From: Selaginella moellendorffii
Lineage: Eukaryota; Plantae; Lycopodiophyta
NCBI RefSeq assembly: GCF_000143415.4
Contig: NW_003314299.1
Location: forward strand, 914,063-978,062
Length of the DNA stretch: 64,000 nt
Direction of reading: 5' to 3'
Positions 1-12,312 of the stretch are shown in pieces. A program made the translations under genes and the position numbers. How positions within the stretch are numbered: the stretch's first letter is position 1; every line of letters starts with the position of its first letter. Under the pieces are notes generated by a model. The model did no database searches. It saw only the letters and a program-made list of their open reading frames with translations, and was not told the DNA's origin.

Positions 1-99
1 CCTCATGTCTTCTCTTTGATCCAACATCCCTCTCCTTTTGTAGTTGCTTCCATTTTTGAAAATAAAAAAAACTCATTATAAATTATAAATGCATAAGAA

Positions 100-780
100 G
101 AGGGGAACAGGGTGTGGGCTCAGTGCAGGCCTCCCCCAAGCACCTTGGCCGGCCCGCGCCAAGGCCAACCGCCCGAGAACCTTGCCTTGGCGCTTGGAGG
201 AGGGCCGGTTCGCCAGCGAACCAGCCCACCTCCAAGCGCCAAGGGCGGCTTGCGGGCGGTTGGCCTTGGCGCTTGGACTTAGCTGGCTCGCGCCAAATGC
301 CCAGCGTGGGCATTTGGCACAAGCACTTGGCACCTTTTCCCAGCCAAGCGCCTTGGCCGGCCTGCGTGGACTTGGCCGGCCCAGGCAGAGTGCCCAGCCA
401 AATGCCCGGCCTGGGCACTTGGCAGCAGCGGTGCTGGGCAGCAGTGGCCCTAGGCAGCGCGGCGCTGGCGTGGCATGGCGTGGCATGGGCGGTTGGCACG
501 GCAGGGGCGGCATGGCAGGGCAGCAGTGGCACGGCAGCGGCGGCATGGCAGTGGCGGTGCTGGGCAGCGGCGGCACGGCAGCGGTGGCATGGCAGTGGCG
601 GTGCTGGGTAGGCAGCGCTGCGCTGGGCGTGGCATGGCAGTGGGCGGCGCTCGGCAGCCCTGGGCAGTGGCGGTGCTGAGCATGGCATGGTGTGCGCAGC
701 GTGGCGGCGCTGGGCATGGTGTGGGCGCGGGGGCGCTGGGCGCGGCGGCGCTGGGCGGGGAGGAGAGGGAGTGGAGGAGG
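100..780. repeat. GC-rich low-complexity region: inverted repeats (GCCAAGGCCAACCGCCC / GGGCGGTTGGCCTTGGC) followed by GGCA(T/G)-type tandem repeats; possibly the subterminal region of the adjacent MULE
   Basis: Repeats are directly visible. The overlapping ORFs in all frames are low-complexity Pro/Ala/Cys/Arg. Confidence 0.6.
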
Positions 781-848
781 AGAAAAAACTTACTCTTGGC
801 GGCATTCTGTTCCCGCAGTCACTCCCAATCTCCCGCGATACTTTCTGT

Positions 849-887
849 AAAACCCTAATGCCGGCGGCTGCCCTAACCCTAACCTAA
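849..887 (-). repeat. Short telomere-like (telo-box) repeats AAACCCTAA...CCCTAACCCTAACCTAA
   Basis: Matches the plant telomere unit CCCTAAA/CCCTAA. Confidence 0.6.
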
Positions 888-1611
888 CATTCATCACAGC
901 CGTTCATCATGGATGCAGTAAATCTTCATTGTACAATAAATAATAAATCTAGCACTGTACAATTTCTATTCCACCCTAGATTTGATCACGTGACAAAGTC
1001 CTTTTGAATTGTAATTTAATAATGGAGGTGTGCTCTAATATGACTATGTCATAATGTGAAATAATGTTACAGACGCATGTGTTGAATTGATCACAGTACG
1101 AAATTGTTAGAAAATATAAGATTATTAAATCGTAAGGTGTTATTTCCAAAGTAATGTATATAGATAATTTACTATAGGTGATAGATGGTAGTACAAAGAT
1201 GGAATATATTTAAATGAGTTCAGAAGAATGTGATGATTTCTAGCTTTAATGAAGTACTGAAAATATGTACAATATTTAATTTATTTGGCAACAATTGGTT
1301 GATGGTAGATCCTAGAATAAAATCATTCCTATCTTTCATATTATGGCACATGCTTGAGGTGATATTTCTTTCCGTTCTACCAAAAGTTAGTGCATATAAT
1401 AAATTTGAGTATGTTTTTGAATTCAATGTATATAGACTTTTAATATTGTACAACATAGTCCTATATACGTCATACAAAATTTATTATAACAACATTATTC
1501 GATGTTAGATCCTAGAATAAAATCGCCCTATCTTTTCACATAATGGCATAGCACATGTGAGGTGACATTTCGTTATAAAAGTTCAGAGTTCCAAAACCTA
1601 AAGGCAACAAA

Positions 1612-4600
1612 ATGGAGGGCTTCCTTTTGCATTACCAAGATCACCCACCGCTTTCTATCTCCCAGAGTCTTATTTCAGAAAGTTTTCTTTGCTGACGTTT
1701 CGATCTTTCTCTCGGTTCTATTTCATTGGAAGCTATGATTCGCAACAACATTGGTGTAGTTGAACGATCGGAGTTTCTTCTTTCGGGTGTAGGTGAAGGT
1801 GGACAACATTGGGATTTGCAACATTCCAAGTCGAAAAAAATTTGAGTTTTTGGATCTCCAATCAAAGTGCGAGGCTGTGATCTTGCTAAAGTGAATGTGA
1901 AGCAAGAGTCGGTCGTCATCATTTCTTCCTCTTCTAGTTCTAGTGGAGATGTTAGTCCAGTGCGAGCCAAGAATTTTCAAACTCCAACTTCACTGATATT
2001 CCAAGCTGTTTGCAATGCTTTCCAGTTTTCCCGCCTCTCTATCAATGTTCGTTCCTTTCTACATAGGCCTGTTAGCGAGCTCCTATCTACATACAATGGC
2101 AATATCATCTTTGAACTACCACCTCTTGTCAGCTCAAAACGAAAGGGGATGGAGACGAAGCAGGATGTCCACAACTGGTGCAAGATCAAGACCACACATT
2201 TCCAGCATTTCGAAGGCACAGTGTCCATGGTTCATTGTGGTGGGTATTTGGATTGTGTGAATAAAGCATGTAATCAAGAGTGCGGTAAAAACTCCATATT
2301 TTTTGAAGGATCTGCAACCAATCCTCCCCTCTGTGACACCATTGGTGTTGGATTCAAGTGTCGGTTTTGTAAGAATGCTCCATTGTGTCGTGCCATCTGC
2401 GGGGCCAAGATGTACTATTTTCTTCCATGGGATGGAGAGGTTGGTAGAGTTGCAATACATATTGGCATGCACACACATCCAATGCAGGAAGGGATACAAA
2501 GGAGTTCAGTCAACCATTTCAAAGATGCAGTGTAGATAGAGACTGTGAGAAACTCATCTGCAACTCCGAAGCATGTTCAGAAAACAGTGCTCAAGGATTT
2601 TATCGCAAATACTTTACTTGATCCGAACTACAAGAATACTCAATTGGATGAGGCTAGCTTGCAGGAGTTACTACGACATGTGCAACCTGCAACTAGCCTT
2701 AGGAGGTATGAAAATATTATTACATACTTTTCAATAATATCTCTCTTACATTTTGTTTTATTTAGGATAAAGTCTTGGATGTGTGAATCTCGAGAGGGGA
2801 AACTCTAATAAAAAATCGACTCAATCCTTGAACTAAAACGGACTTGTCCTTATGAGTTTATCCATGGGAGTTTATTTCCAGATCAAGTCATTAGTGAGCA
2901 AGAGCGCCCCTTCATTTTCAAAATGTCTACCATGGGCCCTGCCTCTGGTGTGGATCTTGTTTCCTGAATGGATATGTCTGGGTCGAGTGACCTTGCTAAT
3001 GCATGGGTACATTTTGACCATATGGAGCGGGTGGCAAGTTGGACAACCATGGGAGCTCATATGTATGATCCAAGGTAGTTTTTTTTCTCATTATCTTAAA
3101 ATGGTTTTAAACATTGCACTTTTCACAGGCTACGTTGTAACTTGACAATTGCAACGGCAGAGTTTAAAGTACAAGACTAGATGGCTCAAGAAATATTTTG
3201 GAAGTCCCTCTCCGACATTGTATTGAAGCGGACTGGTAAGCCTGCCAACTTTTGCGGTTTCATGGCAGATGGGGCTGGGGCTAATTGGAATGGTGTCCGG
3301 GCAGTCTTTGGGAATGGTCTACCCCTAGAAGGTTGTGAGAGGACATGTGAGTTCCATTGGGCTCAGAGCCTAAACCAACACTGCCACCTTATCAAGCCAG
3401 ATTTCCAATTAGCATTTAAGGAGTTGTGCAAACAATGGCAGGCTGCACCTTCTGAAGAAGAGCATGAGGCAAAAGCAAACGAGATCCAAATGTGGTGGCG
3501 TGAAGATGGCCATACTGATGTAAGTTGTCTACCACAACTTGAGTCGTGGTTAGGGTGGTGGGAAGTTAGAATGTTCCAATGGGGACATCACTCCTTTCAG
3601 GTTGATTTTTCTTTTTTTCCTCTCTTTTTATTGCTTTTTAATATCATCTTTTTATAAGGATCAACCACTTGAGGATCTTGCATACACCCCAACTGTGAAT
3701 CTCTCAGAGAGTAAACATTGGAGCTGGCGTTCCTCTGAGGCAGGGAAAGGGAAGATGAGTCTATATGAAGCATGTCTATCAGATTTGATATGCGCTGTAG
3801 AGCAGTCTTCAAAAGCCTTGGCATTTGAGGAAGGAAGATACATGGGAACAAGACCTTCGGTTGAGATGTTACACGATCGGATGAAGAAGAAAGTGACTCC
3901 ACCAGCACAAACAATGGCAACTGCAGTGAAGGAAGTGGTCCGTGGCACATCTATGGAGTACACTCCTCGGGCTTTTATTGGTGATATGAAGACTGTCCGC
4001 TCAAAGCGTCGATTTTCCTTTGCTGGTGAAGATGCTGGCACGGATCTTGGAGCAAAAAGCTCTCACAGACCTGATGTTGAGTATCATTCTACTCCAAGAC
4101 ATCGCCCCAGAACCGAACCACCTTAAGTGGCTAATGAAGAAAGTGCATCACAGTAGGTTGAAATTGCTTATCGTAGTGTGGAGCCGAAGCAATGGGCAAT
4201 CCGTCGAGTGCCAGCGAAATCAAATGTAAGGTGTGCGGGGATGCTTCCAAGGGGCAAGTGTTGGGCTTGGATCCGTGGTGATAAGTCTGCTTCTGTTCCA
4301 GCCCCATGTTTCCATGGGGAACGAAAGCAAGCAGGGTTTTCAAGATGGTGTTGGTTATATTGCTGCAACTCTGATGTCAACCATACAAAGCGGCTTGAAG
4401 ACACTATAGTGACTAAACCTGATGCAGTACCTAAAGAATGGCCAGTTGCTAATGGGGTTGCGCTCACCTCGGATGAGATTGAAAACCTTGAGAAATCTGG
4501 TTTCAATCTTGAGAGGAGAGTTGGAGATATGAGTGACAGAACCAAGACTATTCCTACAGAGATGCACAGGAGGCCAGCACGAAAAGGTAAGGCAGTTAAA

Positions 4601-4936
4601 TTTATTGGTACCGTCTCCAAGCAGAAGCAAGGTAAAATAAACTTAGCTCAAACACTTGAGTGTGAGATTCTCTCCACGAATTACATCACTGCGCTCGCAA
4701 AGGAGTACACAGTCAAAACAGAAGGTGGAGAGTACACAATTGCCATTCAAGACTTTTCTTCTTGCACATATCCAGACTTTACGAAGCGCGAGGAACATGG
4801 GAAGGCATATGCTCCTTGCAAGCATATGTACTACATCTTCATCAACATCTTGCACCAGGATCCTAAAGTGGATATTCATATACACCAAGCAAGCCTTACT
4901 ATTGCCGAGTTGCAGAAAACTTTTGGAGCTAATTAG
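1612..4936 (+). pseudogene. Mutator/MULE-superfamily DDE transposase with GCM-like zinc domain and C-terminal SWIM finger; spliced, with premature stops
   Basis: ATG at 1612 lies downstream of TATAAAA and is in frame with ORF 1867. GCM/WRKY-like Cys/His domain (HNW..CGGYLDC..C..CRFC..C..HIGMHTHP). Catalytic motifs WVHFDH (~3010), FMADGAGANW, CEFHW, NLSESKH. SWIM-like SSCTYPDF..CKH. GT-AG introns at 2706-2765, 3075-3129 and 3601-3658. Several in-frame TGA/TAG/TAA codons. Confidence 0.85.
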
Positions 4937-5565
4937 ATTTTCCAGCACTATCGATGTTTATTCTCTATCAATAATATAAACTAATTATACCTTATATAAT
5001 TAATAAAAATATTTTATTATTTCACTTTTCATTTCATATACTTGTGAGGTTCTTTTCGCAATACTACCCATAGTATTTGTGAGTCTCCATTTTTGTCTTT
5101 ACCTTCTCAAAAAATATTTCGTGATAGTCTTTCGGGTGTATGATGTTACAATGTATTGTGAGAGCATATGTACCATCACAGTTGTTTTTTTTTCCTTTCA
5201 AATGGTTATATGGCCTTATATAGAATCTTAATTCAAATTTAATAATTTAAAAATTCTGATGAACCTAACATTTACTAGCTAGAAAGCACAGAGTACAAAT
5301 TTAAAGAAGTGACAAGAATACTCTTTTTTCAAATATTTTATTTTATATTCTAACAAACATCTCTATTATTGCATGTAGTAAATATTTAAATGATTAGAAC
5401 AAGAAGTGTCCTTTAGAACATTTTTATCTATATAATATATAGAGAGTTATGAAATTATTAAGTTCGCCATAACTTTAAAATTTTAAAGTTTATAATGTTT
5501 GTACTAAATTACAATTGAAAATTGAGCTCAACTCGTGAGCTCAACTCTTCAACTCGTGAGCTCAA

Positions 5566-8500
5566 GTATGGTCCACGCTCGCACCTAAGGGATGAGCTGA
5601 GTAGGTTGAAGCAGACTAGAACTATTCAAGAGTATGTGAATGGATTTATGGCAAAGAGGATATTGGTCACGGATATGGGGGATATGGATGCGTTCCATGC
5701 CTTCATGTCGGGCTTGCAAACCTAGGTTCGCAGCGAAGTGATGTGTTAGAACCCGACTAATTACAAAGAAGCGTTAAATGTGGCTATCAAGGTGCATTTC
5801 AACGATAACCTGCGAAAGGGGAACACGACGGGATCAGGGTCCACGTTTAGCAAAGGGGCCAAACCAAGGGGAATATATAGCAAAGGGAAATTCAAGAAGA
5901 GTTTCTCTAAGAATGAGTCTTCGGGGTTCCGAAAAGGCAAATCCGGTGGCCAGCGAGCAAGTACGTGGGGGAGTCAAGCAAAACGAGACAAACCCATGGA
6001 TAAGAAGGTCAAGTCATTTAGCAGCGTGGGAAACAACGTATGCTACAACTATGGTGAAACGGAACACTTTTCGAGGGAATGTCCCTACCTGAAGAAGGCC
6101 AGAGCCAATATGGCCATTAAGTCGAGTGAAGTCCAAATTGAGATATGTGATCCAGTCCCTAACTCAAAGTTACTCATTATACAAGCAACTTTGGTAGAGA
6201 GTCGTTCGCGACATCTACTAGCCCTCCGAGGGAAGCTCGGAGGTAGCTTTATTAAGATCCTTATTGACACGGGTGCTTCGGATAATTTTGTGGTTGCAGA
6301 CACAGTTTGGCAAGCCAGACTAATGGTGCAGCGGCTGGGTGAACCAAGGACTATAGAGTTTGTTCAAGGTAGCCAAAGCATCGATGAGGTACTTCGACAA
6401 GCGAGAGTCGAAGTAGGAACTTGGAAAGTAGACATGGATTTCACCGTGTTGGACATGGCGGGATTTGACATGATCTTTGGGATGGATTGGTTCAATCAGT
6501 TCGTGGTAGCCTTGCATGGACAAGGTAGGAATTTTGTGGTACTGGCAAATGCCCAAGGAAGAAAATCCAGGGTGGAGGCTCAAGATCTAAAGGTAGGGCA
6601 ATGCAAGGCCAAAGATTCGTGCTTAAATCTGGTGTCCACAAGAGGACAACTCACTAAAGGGACAAAGGCTGCATTTTTGTGCTTACTTTCGGTGAGAAGT
6701 GACAAAAAGACAGGAACAGAAGAAGTACCTTTAGTGATATAGCAGGTGTTGGACCAATTCCAGGATACCATGCCGGAGGAGCTACCGGCGGGGTTGCCCC
6801 CCACACAACCAATAGAACATAAGATTGAGCTAGTCGAGGGTGCTGAGGTGGTGGTTCGCCCCTCCTATCGTTTGAACGAAAAAGAACTTGTGGAACTCAA
6901 GTGCCAACTAGAGGAGTTGGTGGACAAAGGGTATGTTAGGTTGAGCAAGTCGCCGTATGGGGTGCCGGTGCTATTTGTGAAAAAGAAATATGGATCTATG
7001 CGCATGTGCATAGACTACCAGTTGCTCAACAAATATACAAAGAAGAACAAGTACCCTTTGCCAAGGATTGAGGACCTATTCGATAGGTTGGGAAAGGCAA
7101 AATACTTCTCGAGGATTGACCTAAGGTCAGGATACTACCAAATCAGGGTAGCAAAGGAAGATGTCGAGAAGACAACCTGTTGAACAAGGTATGGGAGCTT
7201 TGAGTTTCTGGTGATGCCCTTCGGGGCTATACAATGCGCCGGTAACGTTTTCGGCGTTGATGAACCATATCTTTGTACCCTATTTGGATCACTTTGTGAT
7301 CGTCTATATTAACGACATCCTGATCTATAGCGAAATGCTAGAGGAGCATGCCAAACACTTGACGAAGGTGTTTAAGAAACTAAGGGAACACCAGTTGTAT
7401 GCTAAAGAGAGCAAATGTGACTTTGCTCAACAAAAGGTAAAGTTTATCGGGCATATGGTGGGCAAGGACGGGCTCAAGGTGGACCCTAAGAAGGTCCAAG
7501 CGATCCAGGATTGGGAGCGACCATCGAATGTACACAAGTTAAGAGCATTCTTGGGGCTATGCAACTATTATCGAAAGTTTATTAGACACTATTCGAGAGT
7601 AGCCTTGCCCTTAACGGACTAAACGGGAAAAGGGAAGATGGTATGGACAGCGGAATGCGAGGTGGCATTCGTCCACCTCAAGGGGAAGTTGAGGAAGGCT
7701 CCCATGTTGGTGTTACCAGACTTAGGTAAGGACTTTGAGGTAGAAACAGATGCTTCAGACTTTGCGTTGGGTGTAGTTTTGAAGCAAGATAACTATTTAG
7801 TAGCATTCTTCTCGAAGAAGTTGGACAAAGCTCAACAAAAGTGGCCTGCCTATGAGAAGGAATTGTTTGCGATGGTCAAGGCGCTCAAGGAGTGGCGACA
7901 CTACCTTGGGAGACACTTTAAGGTTTACACGGACAATGTGGCAACGAAACACTTCTTGTCACAGCCCGATCTGAGGGAAAAACAAGGTTGGTGGGCCAAT
8001 GCTTTGGCCGAGTTTAATTGCGAAATTCTGTACAAGCTTGGAAAGAGCAACATCGTGGCAGATGTGCTAAGTCAAAAAGCGAGCTTGAAGTTGGCGATAT
8101 CCAGCGTGACAGCAACTTTTTGGGATGATGTGCGGACCGCATACGAGAACGATGGTCTAGCACAAGAAGTGTTGCTGAGGAATCTAGAGGCACGGGAAGC
8201 TCACAAGAGAGGTGAGCTGCCAACGGAAGAGAAAACGGGCTATGCGGAACGCAACAGACTTATATATTACAAGTAAACGAGGGTGTATGTTCCAGAAGGG
8301 GAACTAAGGAAGGTAGCCTTAGAAGAGTGTCATGACGGACCTCTTGCGGGACACGGTGGAGTGCCCAAGACAATGGGCTTACTCAAGAAGAAGTACCACT
8401 GGCCAGATATGGGTAAGGACGTCCAAGACTATGTAAAGACATGTCTAATATGTCAGCAGGTCAAAGCCGTGACTAAGGCTAGTGGGGGCTTGTTACAAAG

Positions 8501-9715
8501 CATCCCAATTCCAGATCGTCCGTGGAAATGTCTTACGATGGACTTCATCAGAGACTCCCCCCAAGCGAGGGGTTCGATGCAATATTCGTGATGGTGGATC
8601 GATTTTCGAAGATGGCACATTTCATACCCACCACAACGGAAGTGGATGCGGAAGGTGTAGCGAAGCTATTCTTCAAACAAGTGGTTCGAGTGCGGGGAAG
8701 GCCGGAATAAATTATCTCAGATCAAGATAAGATCTTCACCAGTAGGTTCTAGAGGACACTCCTAGAACAGTATCGCACCAAGTTGAAATTCAGCACAGCC
8801 TATCACCCACAGACAGTTAGTGGGTATTAAGTCAAGATTGATGGCACTAACACTTCTTGACAGACGGACAAACGGAAAGGGTGAATAGGCAGCTGGAGGA
8901 TTATTTGTGATGCTATGTCTCGGGAGACCAGACCGATTGGGTAAGTCATTTGGGACTTGTGGAAATGTGTTATAACAACTCACCACATTCGAGCATCGGG
9001 GTGAGTCCATGGGAAGTCATCAATGGGCGAGCTATTGAAGGTCCTGTGGAACTCGGCGTGGCTGAGTATCATGGAGAGTTACCCGCAGTGGAGGCATTCA
9101 TGGCGGAAAGACTCAAAATTTGGAATCTAGTGAGGGATTCTTTGGAACGGGCTCAACAAAGGTAAACCAAGTACGCGAACCAAAAGCGCCGGGATGTAGA
9201 GTTCCAAGTTGGAGAGAAGGTGTGGTTGAACACCAAGAACCTCAGGCTACCAAGCGGGATCAATCGAAAGTTGACCAAAAGGTAAAAATGCATGTATTCC
9301 TATAAATGAATTGATCTTGAGTTCCTTAAGCAGATTCGCGGGGCCTTATGAGATTGAGGCTCGAATCAGTAAAGTGGGTTACCGTCTCCAACTTCCTCGA
9401 GAAATGGGGAAGATGCACCTCGTGTTCCATGTGAACTTACTCAAGCTGTATTTTGAGGATCCGCTTCACAAGGACCAAGTAAAACCCTTACCTAAGGTTA
9501 TCCAAGGGGAAGAGGAATACGAAGTCGAGGCCATCCTCAATGCGCGCAAGAGCAAGCGACAAAGACGCGAGGTGAGAGAGTTCCATGTGAAGTGGAAAGG
9601 ATTTCCACACTGCGAAGCAACATGGGAACCGAAGGAGAACCTAGCGAACGCGCAAGTTCTAGTGGAGGAATTTCTACAAGGTAGAACTCTATGTACTTAT
9701 GCAAAGTTCAATTAA
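5566..9715 (+). pseudogene. gag-pol polyprotein of the chromovirus, with stops, frameshifts and intron-like interruptions in integrase
   Basis: ORF fragments from 5522 to 9715 are in gypsy domain order. Insertions at ~8817-8863 and 9282-9333 split conserved integrase motifs. Confidence 0.9.
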
Positions 9716-9747
9716 AGTATCAATTTGTGAAGTTGAGCAATGGTATA

Positions 9748-11188
9748 TGTTGGGACCCGAAAGTGCACTGAAGGTAAGCTAATTAGCATGGGTTAGCTAG
9801 GTCGACCAAACATAGGGAACTATGCACAACTCCCCATGGGGATGTCGAATCCGTAGGCGTATTCTACGGAGGTTGGGTTTGAGTCCCAACCCCCTAGTAA
9901 AGCAAGGCTAGGTTCAAGTCTTAACCCCATACTAGGGTGTGGTGGGGTGAGAAGTATAGGGACACCTATATTCCGTTGTCATGGGCTCTTGGCCAGGGAG
10001 GCTAACTTAGGCACACCGCTAAGTGGGGGGATGCCCCCGGAGACATGGTTAACAAGTCGTAAGATTAAAAAGAGACACGTTTGATGTGGGCATCGAACTT
10101 CTTCTATGGGTGGTGGAGTTGTAAGAAACCAACTCGCCGAGGTGTCGTAGGCTAAAGGATCCCCGAAAGCATGACCAAAATGACAAAGAGTTCATTAGAT
10201 GGGACCGAGTCGAAGATCGAGTCCAAGACCGACTCTGAGACCGAGTTTGAGATAGAGTTCGGGATCGAGTCTGAAACCGAGTTCGAGACAGAGTCCGAGA
10301 TCCAAATCGGGTCCGAGACCGAGTCTTAGGTCGAGTCCGAAGTTGAGTCTGAGATCGGGTCTGAGATCGAGTCTAAGATCGAGTCCGAGACCGAGTCCGA
10401 GTACTAATACGGGTCAAGGGGTGAAAGCCCAAAGCGTGCGTCTCCCGGGGGGGGGGGGGGGGGTTCCCAAAGTATACTAGGGATAGTGACGGCCAAAAAC
10501 TAGTTTTGAAGGAACTCTCCAGGGGGGCTTCCAAACTGACTTGAGGTTGAAACTGGGACCCAGGGGCCTTGGGTGGGAGTGAGCATGGACTCCGCTGGGG
10601 CTGGAGGGGCCCCCCCAGGAAGTGCTCAAGAGCCGCTCCCACTCCCGGAAGGGAAACTGACTGTGGTGCTTTCGGCTTATGGGGAGGGGGGCCCCCCTTG
10701 AGGGCTTTATGGCTCATCGGTCCTCGCTCTTCCTAGGGGCTTGGGCCTTCCCTTTGGGATGGAAGTGGGGGGGTAGAGGTACCTATACTGAGCTGTTAGG
10801 CCACGGTGTTTCACCCTGGCGTCCCGAAGTAAGTGTTGCACCCAAGACTTGGGATTTAGAGGGTCCTATGATCAAGTCTTGTGGTACCAAGGGATGTTAA
10901 GAACTTGGAAGCTTGGTGTGCTTGGCCATTTGTGCTTGCGGGGAGTGTAGCTAAACCTTAAGTTCAGTCTAACCCGGGGAGGGGGATTGGGAGAGATTTG
11001 GGAATCCGTGGATGGATGGCTAACACTCTGTTGCTCGTACAGTGAGTAGCTGAAACCAAGTAGAACCAAGTAGGAGCTGGTACCATAGGCAGGAACCTTG
11101 GCGAAGGAACTTAGCAAAAACTAAGGCAGTGTTGGACGGATAGACAAGATAAGCTAGCTAATTGAAAAGGAAAAATTTATGGCTTACA
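9748..11188 (+). repeat. 3' LTR of the chromovirus (5' boundary approximate), containing GAGTCC/GAGACC hexamer arrays at ~10200-10405
   Basis: Ends GGCTTACA, like the reverse complement of solo LTR 24102-25954. Both share the hexamer array and the GGTGAAAGCCCAAAGCG motif. Confidence 0.65.
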
Positions 11189-12310
11189 CAGTGCATCATA
11201 CGGTGATTTGCTCAACCTAACATACCCTTTTTCCACCAACTCCTCAAGTTGGCATTTGACCTCCTCGAGTTCCTTTTTGTTCAACCGATAGGAAGAATGA
11301 ACCACTGCCTTAGCACCCTCGACTAGCTTGATCTTGTGTTCTATCAGTCGTTTAGAGGGTAACCCTGGCAATAGCTTCTGCAGCATGGTACCTTGGAATT
11401 TGTCCAACATCTGCTGGATCACTAAAGGCACTTTTTTGTTCCCATCTTTTTGTCACTCCTTATTGAGAGTAAGCACAAAAATGCTGCTTTGGTTCCTTTA
11501 GTGAGTTGTCTTCTCGTGGACATTAGGTTCAAGCAGGAGTTTTTGGCCTTATATTGCCCTACCTTTAGATCCTGGGCTTCCACCTTGGATCATTCTCCTT
11601 GGGCATTCGCCAGTACCACAAAGTTCCTACTTTGTCCATGTAGGGCTACCACGAACTAATTGAACCAATCCATCCTGAAGATTACATCAAATCCTGCCAT
11701 GTCTAATACGGTGAAATCCATATCTACCTTCCATGTCCCTACTTCAACTCTTGCTTGTCGAAGTACCTCATCGGTGCTTTGGCTACCTTGAACAAACTCT
11801 ATAGTCCTTGGTTCACCCAGCTGCTGCACCATTAATCTGGCAAGCCGGATTATGTTTGTAGCCACAAAATTATCCAAAGCACCCGTATCAATAAGGATCT
11901 TAACAAAGTTACCTCTAATCTTCCCTCGGAAGGTTAGTAGATTTCACGAACGACTTTCTACCAAAGTTGTTCGTGTAATGAGTAACTTTGAGCTAGAGAC
12001 TAGATCACGTACCTCAATTTAAATTTCACCCAACTTAATGGCCATATTGGCCCTAACATTCTTCAAGTATGGACATTCCCTCAAAAATGTCTTGCTTCAC
12101 CACAGTTGAAGCATACGTTGTTTCCCACACTACTAGTAGACTTGACCTTTTTATTTATCGATTTGTCTCTTTTCGTTTGACTCCTCCATGTGCTTGTTCA
12201 CTAGCCACTGGATTTACTTTTCCGGAACCCCAAGGACTTATTCTGAGATAAACTCTTCTTGAATTTCCCTTTGCTATATGTTCCCCTTGGTTTGGCCCCT
12301 TTGCTAAACG
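11189..12310 (-). pseudogene. Inverted fragment (gag end, protease, RT start) of a second copy of the same chromovirus family
   Basis: Reverse complement of ~5845-6960 (e.g. [34 protein letters not shown]). Confidence 0.9.
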
Positions 12311-12312
12311 CC

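Larger units (their letters stand above)
5566..11188 (+). mobile_element. Ty3/gypsy chromovirus LTR retrotransposon, 5'-truncated and degenerate
   Basis: Domain order: gag, zinc knuckle (CYNYGETEHFSREC), protease (LIDTGAS), RT (YINDIL), RNase H (ETDASDFALG), integrase (HDGPLAGHGG..CLIC; YHPQTDGQTERVN; GPY), chromodomain (YEVEAIL..VKWKGFP..ATWEP). An LTR ending CTTACA at 11188 follows. Confidence 0.93.

Noticed and set aside
76-887. Long overlapping ORFs on both strands
   Set aside because: Products of GC-rich repeats that lack stop codons; no domain signal
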